Of a stretch of DNA of 64,000 nt, positions 1 to 10,194 are shown piece by piece. The notes under the pieces are model-generated. The model was not told the DNA's origin and did no database searches. It saw only the letters and a program-made list of their open reading frames with translations. Each line of letters begins with the position of its first letter. Positions within the stretch are counted from its first letter, which is position 1. Source of the stretch: a candidate division FCPU426 bacterium (GTDB lineage Bacteria; Oederibacteriota; PGYV01; Palsa-1178); NCBI GenBank assembly GCA_963840035.1, contig CAWIXE010000001.1:672001-736000 (forward strand), given 5' to 3'. Made by a program: the position numbers and the translations under genes.

Positions 1-72
1 TATTCACATCACCCCGGCCCTCTCCTAAATAGGAGAGGTAGAAAAAACAGAGCGTTTATTAAGGAGGCTTTT

Positions 73-963
73 ATGTTCAAAAACAGGACTTTGGCTTTTA
101 TTGTTTTAACCTACGCTTTAACCGCAGTTTACTCCCTTTTATACCTGAAGTTTCCCTTAGCCGCGAAAGGGCCATCCACTGCCATTACCATGCTTTACAT
201 GTTCCTGCCCATTATAGCCGCTCTCATATTGCAGGTAATTGTATACAGGGAGCCGGTTAAGGATATCGGCATAAACCTTAAGTGGTCCAACTGGTTCATT
301 GTGGCGGCGCTGATCCCGGTGGTTTATGCGCTGTGCACTTTCGGAGTGTCCCTTCTCATCCCGGGAATTAAATATGACCCGGATATGGCCGCGTTTATGG
401 AAAAGATGTCAAAGGCCATAACCCCGGAGCAGGTTGAAATGGCAAAAAAACAGATGGAACCTTTAAAGCCGTTTATGCTGCTCATTTCAGTTTTTCAGGC
501 AATTATATACGGCATGACCATAAACGCAGTATTTGCCTTTGGCGAGGAAGCCGGCTGGAGGGGATTCATGCTCAAAAGCCTGCAGGGAAAAAACTTCTAT
601 GCCGCGGCGCTTATTATAGGCGCTGTCTGGGGAATCTGGCACGCGCCGGTGATAATACAGGGTCATAATTATCCGGAACACCCGGTAATAGGCATTTTTA
701 TGATGACTGTATGGACCATGCTTTTGTCGCCCCTGTTGTCATATGTAACCATCAAATCAGGATCAGTAATCGCGGCAGCCATATTCCATGGGGTCCTTAA
801 CGCCTCCGGCGCCATTCCCATCATGTACATATCAGGAGGAAACGACCTGACTACGGGTATAACAGGGCTTGCCGGATTCATAACCCTGATAATATTCAAC
901 ATTTTGTTATTTGTTTATGACAGGTATATGGCGAAAGACAAAATTATTATAGTTAAAAATTGA
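73..963 (+). CDS. CPBP (CAAX/Abi) family intramembrane metalloprotease
   Basis: Multi-TM; motifs GEEAGWRG, WGIWH, FHGVLN; AAGGAGG RBS at 61-67. Confidence 0.9.
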   Translation: MFKNRTLAFIVLTYALTAVYSLLYLKFPLAAKGPSTAITMLYMFLPIIAALILQVIVYREPVKDIGINLKWSNWFIVAALIPVVYALCTFGVSLLIPGIKYDPDMAAFMEKMSKAITPEQVEMAKKQMEPLKPFMLLISVFQAIIYGMTINAVFAFGEEAGWRGFMLKSLQGKNFYAAALIIGAVWGIWHAPVIIQGHNYPEHPVIGIFMMTVWTMLLSPLLSYVTIKSGSVIAAAIFHGVLNASGAIPIMYISGGNDLTTGITGLAGFITLIIFNILLFVYDRYMAKDKIIIVKN

Positions 964-999
964 CGATTGTCGATTGACGATTAAAAGACGGCATTAATT

Positions 1000-1179
1000 T
1001 GTACTGTTAACATGTTCTGTTTACAGTCTTATGCTTGTCATTGCGAGGAGGCGTTTTTGTTACTTGCCGACGAAGCAATCTCGCTGTTCCAGAAGGAGAA
1101 AACGAGATTGCTTCGTCGCCACAAGCCAACTGCGGCTCCTCGCAATGACAAACTGTAAACACATCTTCTTAACAGTGCA
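1000..1179. mobile_element. MITE with TG..CA terminal inverted repeats enclosing a GTCATTGCGAG/CGAAGCAATCT palindromic element (copy 1)
   Basis: Ends tgtactgttaacatgttctgtttacag / ctgtaaacacatcttcttaacagtgca; 7-bp direct repeat attaatt at 993-999 and 1180-1186; homologous inverted copy at 12849-13027. Confidence 0.75.
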
Positions 1180-1222
1180 ATTAATTGACAATTGACAATA
1201 GTCAATCGTTAATTACCTGCCC

Positions 1223-1251
1223 TTGACAACACGCCCTAAAAGCCCTATAAT
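1223..1251 (+). promoter_or_regulatory. sigma70-type promoter upstream of grpE
   Basis: TTGACA-N17-TATAAT, perfect consensus. Confidence 0.75.
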
Positions 1252-1400
1252 TAGCCTGTTTGTTATTGACGCGGATATGACCAGATAAGTTACTGGAGAC
1301 AGGAAAGGCAATAATAACGCCAGGCCGGTATTATCTATAAAAAAACAAACCCAAAACACAATATTTTTGGATTATTTAAGTGCATTGAAGGAGGTTTATC

Positions 1401-1979
1401 ATGGCGGACGAAGCAAAGAAAGAGGAAACAACAAAGGAAGAGCTAAAAGCTGAAGCACAGCCTGTTCCGGAGGTAAAGGAAAAGACCGTGGAAGAGCTTT
1501 TAAAGGAAAAAGACGATAAGATAGCAGAGATGACCGATAAATACCTGCGCGCGCTGGCTGAACAGGATAATTACAGGAAACGGGTGCAAAAGGATAAAGA
1601 AGATTTTGTGAAGTATTCAAAAAGCGAATCAATATCTGTCTTCCTTCCTGTTGTTGATAATTTTGAGAGGGCTGTTGCGTCGGCTGACAAGACAAAAGAC
1701 TATGGACAGCTTAAGAAAGGCATTGAAATGGTATTAAAACAGTTTGAAGGCGTCTTAAAGGAACTCGGCGCGAAAGAGGTGCCCACCAAAGGCGTTTTTG
1801 ACCCGGCTTTCCACCATGTCATGCATAAGGAGCACGTCGAAGGAAAAAAGGAAGGCGAGATAATCGAGGTTTACCAGAGGGGCTATATGATAGATGACAA
1901 GCTGGTAAGGCCGGCGATGGTAAAAATAGCGCATAACGCTGACGATAAGAACAAGAATCATCACGAAAAGAAACAATAA
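1401..1979 (+). CDS. grpE: Nucleotide exchange factor GrpE
   Basis: YLRALAEQDNYRKR, LPVVDNFERA, FDPAFH, YQRGY..DKLVRPAMV. Confidence 0.95.
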   Translation: MADEAKKEETTKEELKAEAQPVPEVKEKTVEELLKEKDDKIAEMTDKYLRALAEQDNYRKRVQKDKEDFVKYSKSESISVFLPVVDNFERAVASADKTKDYGQLKKGIEMVLKQFEGVLKELGAKEVPTKGVFDPAFHHVMHKEHVEGKKEGEIIEVYQRGYMIDDKLVRPAMVKIAHNADDKNKNHHEKKQ

Positions 1980-2108
1980 GCTGAAACTTAACCCTTAATT
2001 CTTATCTCTTACCCTTAGTATTTGGAATTAGGTTTAGGGCAAGGGCTAAAGGCTGAGGATAAGAATTAAGGATAAGGGTTAAGGTGAATAATAATATAAA
2101 GGAGTTTT

Positions 2109-3275
2109 ATGGCTAATAAGGATTTATACGCGATACTCGGCGTATCAAAAAACGCCACACCCGATGAAATGAAAGCCGCGTTCCGGTCAAAAGCGAAGGA
2201 AATACACCCTGACAAATTCCAGGACGCGACGGAAAAAAAGCACGCTGAGGAGAAGTTCAAGGAACTCGGCGAGGCATACAGCATATTAAACGACCCGGAA
2301 AAAAAGCAGAAATATGACGCCTATGGCTATGAAGGAATGAAAGGCAGCCCGGGTTATTCCAACGCAGGCGGCTTTTCAGGGGATATGGAAGACATGTTCG
2401 GCGACATATCCGACATCTTCGGCGATTTTTTCGGGTTTGATTCCGGAGCCAGGGGAAGGCGGGGCGGCGGCGCGCGCGGCGGCAAAAGAAGGCGCGCGGG
2501 CGAGGACTTAAGGTATGATACCCTGCTGACATTTGAAGAGATTGCTTCCGGAAAAAAGGAAGTACTTGAAGTTAACAGGAAGGAAGCCTGCGAAACATGC
2601 CACGGCGAAGGCATTAAACCGGGAACGTCGAGGACGCAGTGCAGGACCTGCGGCGGCGCCGGAAAAGTAAGGCAGTCCAGCGGATTTTTTTCTGTCGTTA
2701 CCACATGCCCGGCATGCGGCGGCGCCGGGGAAGTGGCTGAGGCGCACTGCGATGACTGCGGCGGCACCGGAATAAAGACAAAAAAAAGGAAGATAGAAGT
2801 GAAAATACCGGCCGGAGTTGACGGAGGGTCATATTTAAAACTATCAGGCGAAGGCCACGCCGGAATAAACGGCGGGCCCAACGGCGACCTGTATGTTGTC
2901 ATTAACATGGAACCGCATGAAATATTTAAAAGGGAAGGCGAGGATGTCATATTGCCGCTTCCAATCACCATTACACAGGCGGTACTTGGCGATGATGTCG
3001 TCATACCGACATTATACGGGGATTACACCCTGAAGATACAGCCGGGCACCCAGCCCGGCGATGTCATTAACATTAAGACAAAGGGATTCCCGCGCACGCA
3101 TTCACAGCAAAAGGGAGACCTTAAAGTGGTGATATCCGTGGAGACCCCCAGAAACCTAAATTCCAAGTTGAAAGACGCTTTTAAAAATGTTAAAGTGTTG
3201 GAGTCGGAAGATAATTACGGCGCGGTTAAGAACGCGTCTAAAACCTTTAAAAAGTATAAAAAAGAGGTGAAGTAA
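2109..3275 (+). CDS. dnaJ: Chaperone DnaJ
   Basis: J-domain HPD, G/F region, four CxxCxGxG zinc repeats. Confidence 0.97.
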   Translation: MANKDLYAILGVSKNATPDEMKAAFRSKAKEIHPDKFQDATEKKHAEEKFKELGEAYSILNDPEKKQKYDAYGYEGMKGSPGYSNAGGFSGDMEDMFGDISDIFGDFFGFDSGARGRRGGGARGGKRRRAGEDLRYDTLLTFEEIASGKKEVLEVNRKEACETCHGEGIKPGTSRTQCRTCGGAGKVRQSSGFFSVVTTCPACGGAGEVAEAHCDDCGGTGIKTKKRKIEVKIPAGVDGGSYLKLSGEGHAGINGGPNGDLYVVINMEPHEIFKREGEDVILPLPITITQAVLGDDVVIPTLYGDYTLKIQPGTQPGDVINIKTKGFPRTHSQQKGDLKVVISVETPRNLNSKLKDAFKNVKVLESEDNYGAVKNASKTFKKYKKEVK

Positions 3276-4580
3276 ATGGCTGAAGAGAAATTTGACGCGA
3301 TAGTTGTAGGCGGCGGGCCCGCGGGATTATCAGCGGCTCTGGTAATGGCAAAGGCAGGGATGCAGGTTATAGTGCTTGAAAGGGGTGAATACTGCGGGGC
3401 GAAGAACGTATTCGGCGGCATATTCTTCACCAATGTAATGAAGGAGCTTATCCCTGATTTTTTAAAGGACGCCCCCATTGAGCGCAACGTAACGAAAAGG
3501 CGTTTTGCGTTCCTCTCAGAGGATGGCGAGTTCGGCGGGGATTTCAAATTTGACAGGTTTAACAAGGACTATTCCAATAACTGCTTTACGGTGCTGCGCG
3601 CGAAATTTGACAAGTGGTTCGCGGAAAAGGCTGAAGCGGCCGGAGCCATGATCATAACGGGCGCTGTTGTGGATGACTTTCTTATGAAAGACGGAAAGAT
3701 AGCCGGCGTAAAAGCCAGGATGGACGACGGCGACATATTGGGCGATGTAATCGTACTCGCTGACGGGGTAAACTCGCTTTTGGCAAAAAAACTCGGCATG
3801 CACAAGGAACTCCCGCCGGAATCCACTATCGTGGGCGTGAAGGAAATACTTTCGCTTTCCGAGGAAAAAATACGCGACAGGTTCGGCTTAAACGGCAACG
3901 AAGGCGTGGCATATGAATACTTTGGAAACGCCGCCATGGGCGCGATCGGATCCGGATTCATCTATACCAATAAGGACACCATCTCAATAGGCGTGGGCGC
4001 GACCATCAAGTCGCTGCTTGAGCACAAATTAAACCCGAACGATGTGCTCGAACATTTCAAAGCCCATCCGTGCATCAAACCGTTCATCCGCGATACCGAG
4101 CAGAAGGAATACTCGGCGCACTTGATACCGGACGGCGGATATAAGAAACTCTCAAAACTCTACGCGGATAACATTGTGGTCGCGGGAGACGCGGCCGGAT
4201 TTGTCAACGCCACGCTTTTCCACGAAGGCACGAACCTTGCCATGGAAACAGGCCGGTTAGCCGGCGAGACGGCCGTTGAAGCCTTTAAGAAAAAAGATTT
4301 CTCGGCTACAGCCATGTCGCAGTACGAGACTAAGCTGAAAGATTCATTCGCCATGAGGGATATGAAGCAGTTCAAGCATTCAAGCGAGACCCTTGACCAT
4401 AACCCGCAGCTTTTTGACAAGTATCCGGCTTTAATGGGAGACCTTATAGCCGAACTTTTCACAGTCGACGGGGAGCCGAAATGGGCCAAGGAAAAAAGGC
4501 TGATGTGGAAGCTTTTAACTTCTGAGAATCCTTTAAGGCTTGCGAAGACAGCCATTGACATGAGGAGGGTAATCATATGA
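3276..4580 (+). CDS. fixC: FAD-dependent oxidoreductase, FixC/ETF-quinone oxidoreductase family
   Basis: VVGGGPAG FAD motif, ERGEYCGAKN, VVAGDAAG; followed by FixX-like ferredoxin. Confidence 0.85.
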   Translation: MAEEKFDAIVVGGGPAGLSAALVMAKAGMQVIVLERGEYCGAKNVFGGIFFTNVMKELIPDFLKDAPIERNVTKRRFAFLSEDGEFGGDFKFDRFNKDYSNNCFTVLRAKFDKWFAEKAEAAGAMIITGAVVDDFLMKDGKIAGVKARMDDGDILGDVIVLADGVNSLLAKKLGMHKELPPESTIVGVKEILSLSEEKIRDRFGLNGNEGVAYEYFGNAAMGAIGSGFIYTNKDTISIGVGATIKSLLEHKLNPNDVLEHFKAHPCIKPFIRDTEQKEYSAHLIPDGGYKKLSKLYADNIVVAGDAAGFVNATLFHEGTNLAMETGRLAGETAVEAFKKKDFSATAMSQYETKLKDSFAMRDMKQFKHSSETLDHNPQLFDKYPALMGDLIAELFTVDGEPKWAKEKRLMWKLLTSENPLRLAKTAIDMRRVII

Positions 4581-4855
4581 AACATTTTACAACCATGGAA
4601 GACAAGCTTGGCTTAAATAAATTCACGGCTTTTGAGAAGACGCACCTGAAGTTAAAGCCGGGTGTTGACCCGAAAGTGGTGGAACACAAACTTTTCATAT
4701 GCCCGGCAAAGGTATATGAATTAAATGACAAAGGCGAGGCAATAGTTTCATTTGAAAACTGCCTTGAGTGCGGCACATGCAGGGTTGCGGCGCCGGAAGA
4801 ACTTGACTGGGACTACCCTCAGGGCGGTTTCGGCGTAACATATAAGTTCGGATAA
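4577..4855 (+). CDS. fixX: Ferredoxin-like protein FixX
   Basis: CPAKVY..NCLECGTCRV..WDYPQGGFGVTYKFG; ATGA overlap with fixC. Confidence 0.85.
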   Translation: MKHFTTMEDKLGLNKFTAFEKTHLKLKPGVDPKVVEHKLFICPAKVYELNDKGEAIVSFENCLECGTCRVAAPEELDWDYPQGGFGVTYKFG

Positions 4856-4857
4856 AC

Positions 4858-5634
4858 ATGGTACTCGTATTTGACATAGGCAACACAAATATAACCATAG
4901 GTGTTTTCAGCGGGGCGCAGCTTCTTTTTGACCTGCGCCTTCGCACTAATATAGGATATACAGAGGACCAGTACTACGCGCACCTGCGCACCCTTCTTAA
5001 TGAAAAGCAGATTGAAAAGGAAGACATCGAAGGCGGCATAGTGGGCAGCGTTGTTCCGGCTGTGACCAGGACTGTCGTGGAGATGTTTAAAAAGTACTTT
5101 TCCATGATGCCGGTTTTAATGGACCAGAAGACAAAACTTAATGTAAAAAACCGCTATAAAAACCCCCGTGAAGTCGGCGACGACAGGCTGGCAAACGCGG
5201 CGGCCGGCAGGACATATTTCCCCGGCAAGAACCTCATCATAGTGGATTTTGGCACGGGCACCACATTTGACGCCGTGGACAGAAAAGGCAATTATCTCGG
5301 AGGGGCCATACTTCCGGGGCTGCACCTCTCGCTCAGGGCGCTTTTTTCCCACACGGCAAGGCTTCCACAGGTGGAGCTTAAATTTCCGGATAAAGTCATA
5401 GGCAATACGACTGAAACCTCCATACAAAGCGGCATCATGTACGGCGCGATCGCCTCACTTAATTACTTCATAAAAGGGGTAAAAAAAGAACTCGGCGCAG
5501 GGAGCGTAAAGGTCATATTAACAGGCGGCGACGCTGAAATGATACCTTTAAAGCTGATGGATGAAAAGAACGCGCATGTGGACTGCGATTTTACACTCAA
5601 AGGGTTTAAGATTATATACGATTTAAATAAATAG
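4858..5634 (+). CDS. coaX: Type III pantothenate kinase
   Basis: DIGNTN, VGDDR, VDFGTGTTFD, GGAILPG, TGGDA. Confidence 0.93.
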   Translation: MVLVFDIGNTNITIGVFSGAQLLFDLRLRTNIGYTEDQYYAHLRTLLNEKQIEKEDIEGGIVGSVVPAVTRTVVEMFKKYFSMMPVLMDQKTKLNVKNRYKNPREVGDDRLANAAAGRTYFPGKNLIIVDFGTGTTFDAVDRKGNYLGGAILPGLHLSLRALFSHTARLPQVELKFPDKVIGNTTETSIQSGIMYGAIASLNYFIKGVKKELGAGSVKVILTGGDAEMIPLKLMDEKNAHVDCDFTLKGFKIIYDLNK

Positions 5635-6030
5635 TCTCAGGACACAAGACTCATGTCCCAAGACTCATGACCCAGGTTGGACTTGGGACTTGGGTCTTGA
5701 GTCTTGTGACTAAAAGCCGCCTGGAAGATCAAATACCAAAAGCAATCAGACATATATGACCTACTGTATATACAAAAATAACTGACAACTAACAAAATAA
5801 CTGCTTGACAAAAATACAGAAAATGATATAACTTTAAATGCGCAGGGTTGAGCCTACCTTGTAGCTCGTAAAAACCCCTCTATATCCCTGCGCATTTTAA
5901 AAAAAGACAAAAAAAAGCCTAACGGCTTTAAATGGCCATATAGTTTCATATAGCAAAAACCAGTTTTATAATACCTAACAAGGTCCCATTTAAACTTGCA
6001 TGCTTGTAATTTCGCTGTTATTATATACTT

Positions 6031-6330
6031 ATGAGGATAAAACCGATTTTAAGCATAATAATTGTCTTTGTTTTTATGTCTGCATTTATTATTGCTTCCT
6101 GCGCGGCAAGGAAGCCTGATACGGTCATTTATGAAGAGCCGCTTAACGCGGTGCCTGCGGGATCCATGATTGAAACCACAGCCACAGCCGGAGCAATAAT
6201 CCCTGCGCCTACGGCAGCCCCGAAACCCTTCAAAATAAAAAGGAAAAAGAAAAAGGCTGTTTCCGCGGCGCCTTTACAGGATAGAGGGGCAATGCAGGTG
6301 TTCGACAGCACAGGCAATAAAATACAATAG
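6031..6330 (+). CDS. Putative small lipoprotein
   Basis: Hydrophobic signal ending IASC; Lys-rich tail. Confidence 0.55.
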   Translation: MRIKPILSIIIVFVFMSAFIIASCAARKPDTVIYEEPLNAVPAGSMIETTATAGAIIPAPTAAPKPFKIKRKKKKAVSAAPLQDRGAMQVFDSTGNKIQ

Positions 6331-6344
6331 AAAATGGTGCAAAC

Positions 6345-6794
6345 ATGAAAAAAGGCGTCGCGATAGTTTACCTCACAATCATCATGGTATTTCTCCTGGC
6401 TTTCCTGTTTTTTGACATCCGGGTGAAGGTTTCTGATAAAAGCGCCGGTGATTCAATGAAGATAGCCGTTATAAACATGGTTTCCGCGGAGACCAAGGAA
6501 AACATATCAGTGTGTGATGACGCTCTTGTCTCTAAAAAAGTAAAGATAAGCATCCCCAATAAAGGGCTTATAAGGTTCATGGCATCTTCCGATAAAATGT
6601 ACAATTTTGGTGCTGATGCAACGGAAAAATGGCAGGCAATTAAAGACGGGTTGAACGGCGCGGGATTGCTTGGGAACGGTTCAGGTGTGGCTGAAATAGA
6701 GGCGGCAAAGATTCCTGCCGCTCTTGAGATGCTAAATTCTGTGGGCAGTCTTTTTAATAAGGCCATGGATAACGGGTATGATTTTGATTTTTAA
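6345..6794 (+). CDS. Hypothetical membrane-anchored protein
   Basis: N-terminal TM; ends NGYDFDF, resembles the next gene. Confidence 0.6.
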   Translation: MKKGVAIVYLTIIMVFLLAFLFFDIRVKVSDKSAGDSMKIAVINMVSAETKENISVCDDALVSKKVKISIPNKGLIRFMASSDKMYNFGADATEKWQAIKDGLNGAGLLGNGSGVAEIEAAKIPAALEMLNSVGSLFNKAMDNGYDFDF

Positions 6795-6806
6795 GCTGTT
6801 GAAAGC

Positions 6807-7307
6807 ATGAAAGAAACTAACATAAAATCAAACAGGCCGGCAATTATAATTCTGATTGTCCTCGGACTGGTATTATGGTCCATCATTATGAGGTCGTGCG
6901 GCGACAGGGCGCAAAGGGCTGAGATGATAAACAGCCTTTTGCTGGAATGCAGGACAAACGGGGCAGTTCTTAATGTAATGGCAGCGGATGGAACGGAAAA
7001 CAACAGCGGGTTAAAACTCAAGGTTAAGGCTTTGAATGTTTTTATAGGAAATGAGAGAAAGTTCAGTTTCAGCAAAAGCGCAGGGGAGCGCTGGGACGGC
7101 ATAAAAAGAAAATTCCGGGAAAAAGGTCTGGTCATGGCAGGAATCGTTGACGCGGAGCTTAAACCCGGAAATGCGCTGGAAATGGCGGGGATTTACAGGG
7201 CGCTGTTTGACATGCTCCTTACTGCGGCGCAAAACGGATATGATTTTAAGTACAGGGAATCAGCAGCAGCCGGGAAAACAAGGCAGTTTGAAGAGGCGGT
7301 AAATTAG
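6807..7307 (+). CDS. Hypothetical membrane-anchored protein (paralog of upstream gene)
   Basis: N-terminal TM; shared W..IK..G and ALEM..NGYDF pattern. Confidence 0.6.
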   Translation: MKETNIKSNRPAIIILIVLGLVLWSIIMRSCGDRAQRAEMINSLLLECRTNGAVLNVMAADGTENNSGLKLKVKALNVFIGNERKFSFSKSAGERWDGIKRKFREKGLVMAGIVDAELKPGNALEMAGIYRALFDMLLTAAQNGYDFKYRESAAAGKTRQFEEAVN

Positions 7308-7315
7308 GGGGGGAC

Positions 7316-8188
7316 ATGGCAAAAAAGAAGATAAGGAAAGCAGTCAGGAAAACCGCGGGCAGGCCGCGCAAAAAAACTGTAAGGCCGCCGGCTGCGGCAG
7401 TAATTCCGGCGGCAGTGCCGGAGGCATTAAAAGCGGCATCAACGGAAGAAAGACTGAACCTCTGGGAGACCCTGAAAAATTCATGGGAGATATTCATAAA
7501 AAACATTAAATTTGTATGGATCCCCGCCGTAATAATTAACCTGCCTTTTATTTTTCTTGCCCGAATTGATTTCAAGGACATGCAGCATGCCGACTGGAGG
7601 GCTATTTTATACGCCTTCGCCGCGTTCGGGTTTATCGCGCTGTTTTTCAACACTGTCATATACAGGATATATGAGGGAAAGGAAAACAAGCACCCGGCGG
7701 CTTACGCATTCTCAAGGTTCCTGCCTGTAATGGGCGTTGGAATTTTATACATGGCCATATTATGCGCCATATTTTTACCGGCTGTTTTTGCCTTTTTGAT
7801 AATGAAGAATACTGTGGCGGGCATACTCATCGCGCTGCTGATAGCTTTCATCCTTTTAGTCCCGCTTTTTTATGTGAGTGTGGGATTTACTTTCGCCGGC
7901 ATTATAGCCATGTTAGAGCCGGAAACAGATAACCCATTCGCCAGGTCAATGAAAATCATAAAGGGAAACTTCTGGATGGTTTTCCTTGGCACGCTCGTAA
8001 TGGCAGGAATCAACCAGGCCATGAACCTGGTATTTTCGCCCATAGGCCTGCTGGTCAGGCTCTTTGACGGAAACATAACCGAATTCGGAGCGCAGATGAT
8101 ATCAGCCTGCATCTACTCGCCAATATACACGCCGTTTTATATGGCGTTTATTTTCGCGATGTATAAGGCTTTAAAGAATAAAGTGTAA
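7316..8188 (+). CDS. Integral membrane protein of unknown function
   Basis: ~6 TM helices, basic N-terminus, ARSMKIIKGNFW motif typical of DUF975-like membrane proteins. Confidence 0.7.
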   Translation: MAKKKIRKAVRKTAGRPRKKTVRPPAAAVIPAAVPEALKAASTEERLNLWETLKNSWEIFIKNIKFVWIPAVIINLPFIFLARIDFKDMQHADWRAILYAFAAFGFIALFFNTVIYRIYEGKENKHPAAYAFSRFLPVMGVGILYMAILCAIFLPAVFAFLIMKNTVAGILIALLIAFILLVPLFYVSVGFTFAGIIAMLEPETDNPFARSMKIIKGNFWMVFLGTLVMAGINQAMNLVFSPIGLLVRLFDGNITEFGAQMISACIYSPIYTPFYMAFIFAMYKALKNKV

Positions 8189-8237
8189 CCGTACAATCTG
8201 CGTTTAATCAAGGGTGTTACAGCCGGATTTCCAAGGT

Positions 8238-8315
8238 GGGCGATTCGTGAATCGCCCCTACTAAGGCAGACAAAACATCCGTACAACCTTGAGCCGCAGC
8301 AAGCAGCGGCTCTAC
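8238..8315. repeat. Two GTAG-footed REP hairpins
   Basis: gggcgattcgtgaatcgcccCTAC and gagccgcagcaagcagcggctCTAC; related copies at 53425 and ~44620. Confidence 0.7.
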
Positions 8316-8320
8316 AAAAC

Positions 8321-8350
8321 AAAAAACCGCGGTTTTTATGCCGCGGTTTT
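8321..8350. terminator. Bidirectional intrinsic terminator between convergent genes
   Basis: aaaaaaccgcgg-loop-ccgcggtttt. Confidence 0.7.
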
Positions 8351-8391
8351 GTATTTAATTAAAAATTAGAAATTAGAAATCAGAAATTGAT

Positions 8392-10194
8392 TTAATCGAC
8401 TTTAAGAATCGCCAGGAACGCTTCCTGCGGGATTTCCACGCTTCCTATGGACTTCATCCTTTTCTTTCCCTCTTTCTGTTTTTCTAAAAGTTTCCTTTTA
8501 CGCGTGATGTCTCCGCCGTAGCATTTGGCCAGGACGTTCTTCCTCATGGCGGGGATGGTTTCCCTTGATATGATATTGGCCCCTATGGCGCCCTGTATGG
8601 GGACCTGGAACATCTGGCGGGGTATTACTTCCTTTAGCCTCTCGACAAGCACTTTTGCCTTTGTGTAAGCGAAGGACTCGTGCGTTATGAACGAGAGCGA
8701 GTCCACTTTTTCAAAATTAACAAGGATATCCACTTTTTTCAGCTCGGATGTCCTGTAGTCTATCAATTCATAATCCATGGAAGCGTAGCCCTTTGACATG
8801 GATTTTAATTTGTCATAAAAGTCCCAGATGATCTCGGCTAAGGGTATCTCATAAACCAAAAGCGCCCTGGTGGACGAGATGTATTCGGTATTCACATAAG
8901 TGCCGCGGCGCTGCTGGCAAAGCTGCATTAAGGCGCCCAGGTATTCAGCCGGCGTTATAAGGTTAAGCTTTACATAAGGCTCTTCCACATGGTCAACAAA
9001 CGCGAAGTCCGGAAAAGAGGATGGAGCGTCGCATATCATGGTTTCTTTTTTTGTTGTGATGATCTTATACTCCACGTTTGGGGCAGTGGCAATAAGGTTC
9101 AGGTTGTATTCGCGCTCGAGCCTTTCCTGAATGATTTCCATGTGGAGCAGGCCTAAAAATCCGCAGCGGTATCCGAAACCGAGGGCTTCAGAGGATTCAG
9201 GCTCAAAGAAAAGCGAAGAGTCGTTGAGTTTAAGTTTTGAAAGCGCGTCCTTTAACTCCACATACTGCTCTGATATGACAGGGAAAAGTCCGCAGAAAAC
9301 CATGGGCTTTATGTCCTTATATCCGGGCAAAGGCGCGTCGCACGGGTTGTCAGCCATGGTCACGGTGTCGCCTATGCGTATGTCGCTTAAAGCTTTTATG
9401 CCGGCTGTAAGGAAACCCACCTGGCCGGCGAATAACTCATCAACGTCAACCATACCGGGCCTGAATACGCCGACTCCGTTTATCTCCCAGTCGTTGTTTG
9501 ACGCCATCATCTTTATCTTCATGCCTTTTTTAATCGAACCGTCAACGAGCCTGACGAATATTATGACGCCCTTGTAAAAATCAAACTGCGCGTCCATGAT
9601 GAGAGCCTTAAGGGGTTTGTTTACATCGCCTTTGGGAGAAGGTATGTTCTTGACTATGCTGGCTAATATCTCGGCAATGCCAATGCCTTCCTTGGCGCTG
9701 GCTAAGACAGCTTCGTCAGCCGGTATGGCAAGGAGCTCCTCGAGCTCGGCCTTTGCCTTGGGGATGTCGGAATTGGGAAGGTCAATTTTATTTATGACAG
9801 GTATGAGTTTTAAGTTAAGCGTATTTGCTATGTGGGCATTGGCCATGGTCTGCGCCTCTATGCCCTGGGAAGCGTCAATGACCAAAAGCGCGCCTTCGGA
9901 GGCGATAAGCGAACGGGAGACTTCATAGGTGAAATCCACATGGCCGGGCGTGTCGATTAAGTTCATCAGGTATTCCTGGCCGTCCAAGGTATACTTCATC
10001 TGCACGGCTTTGGCCTTTATGGTAATGCCGCGTTCGCGCTCCAAGTCCATGGAGTCCAGAATCTGTTCCTTCATCTTGCGCTTGTCAATGGTGCCTGTGA
10101 ATTCAAGGAGCCTGTCGGCCAGGGTGGACTTGCCGTGGTCAATGTGCGCTATGATTGAAAAATTTCTTATGGATTTCATGTAATCGCTGTTCAT
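8392..10194 (-). CDS. lepA: Translation elongation factor 4 (LepA)
   Basis: [46 protein letters not shown]. Confidence 0.98.
   Translation of the reverse strand: MNSDYMKSIRNFSIIAHIDHGKSTLADRLLEFTGTIDKRKMKEQILDSMDLERERGITIKAKAVQMKYTLDGQEYLMNLIDTPGHVDFTYEVSRSLIASEGALLVIDASQGIEAQTMANAHIANTLNLKLIPVINKIDLPNSDIPKAKAELEELLAIPADEAVLASAKEGIGIAEILASIVKNIPSPKGDVNKPLKALIMDAQFDFYKGVIIFVRLVDGSIKKGMKIKMMASNNDWEINGVGVFRPGMVDVDELFAGQVGFLTAGIKALSDIRIGDTVTMADNPCDAPLPGYKDIKPMVFCGLFPVISEQYVELKDALSKLKLNDSSLFFEPESSEALGFGYRCGFLGLLHMEIIQERLEREYNLNLIATAPNVEYKIITTKKETMICDAPSSFPDFAFVDHVEEPYVKLNLITPAEYLGALMQLCQQRRGTYVNTEYISSTRALLVYEIPLAEIIWDFYDKLKSMSKGYASMDYELIDYRTSELKKVDILVNFEKVDSLSFITHESFAYTKAKVLVERLKEVIPRQMFQVPIQGAIGANIISRETIPAMRKNVLAKCYGGDITRKRKLLEKQKEGKKRMKSIGSVEIPQEAFLAILKVD

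Noticed and set aside
1200..1400. CIRCE element or riboswitch before grpE
   Set aside because: No TTAGCACTC-N9-GAGTGCTAA; the weak leader hairpin matches no family I recognise.
5762..5780. E. coli-type LexA box (ctgtatatacaaaaat)
   Set aside because: Right half-site ACAG is absent.
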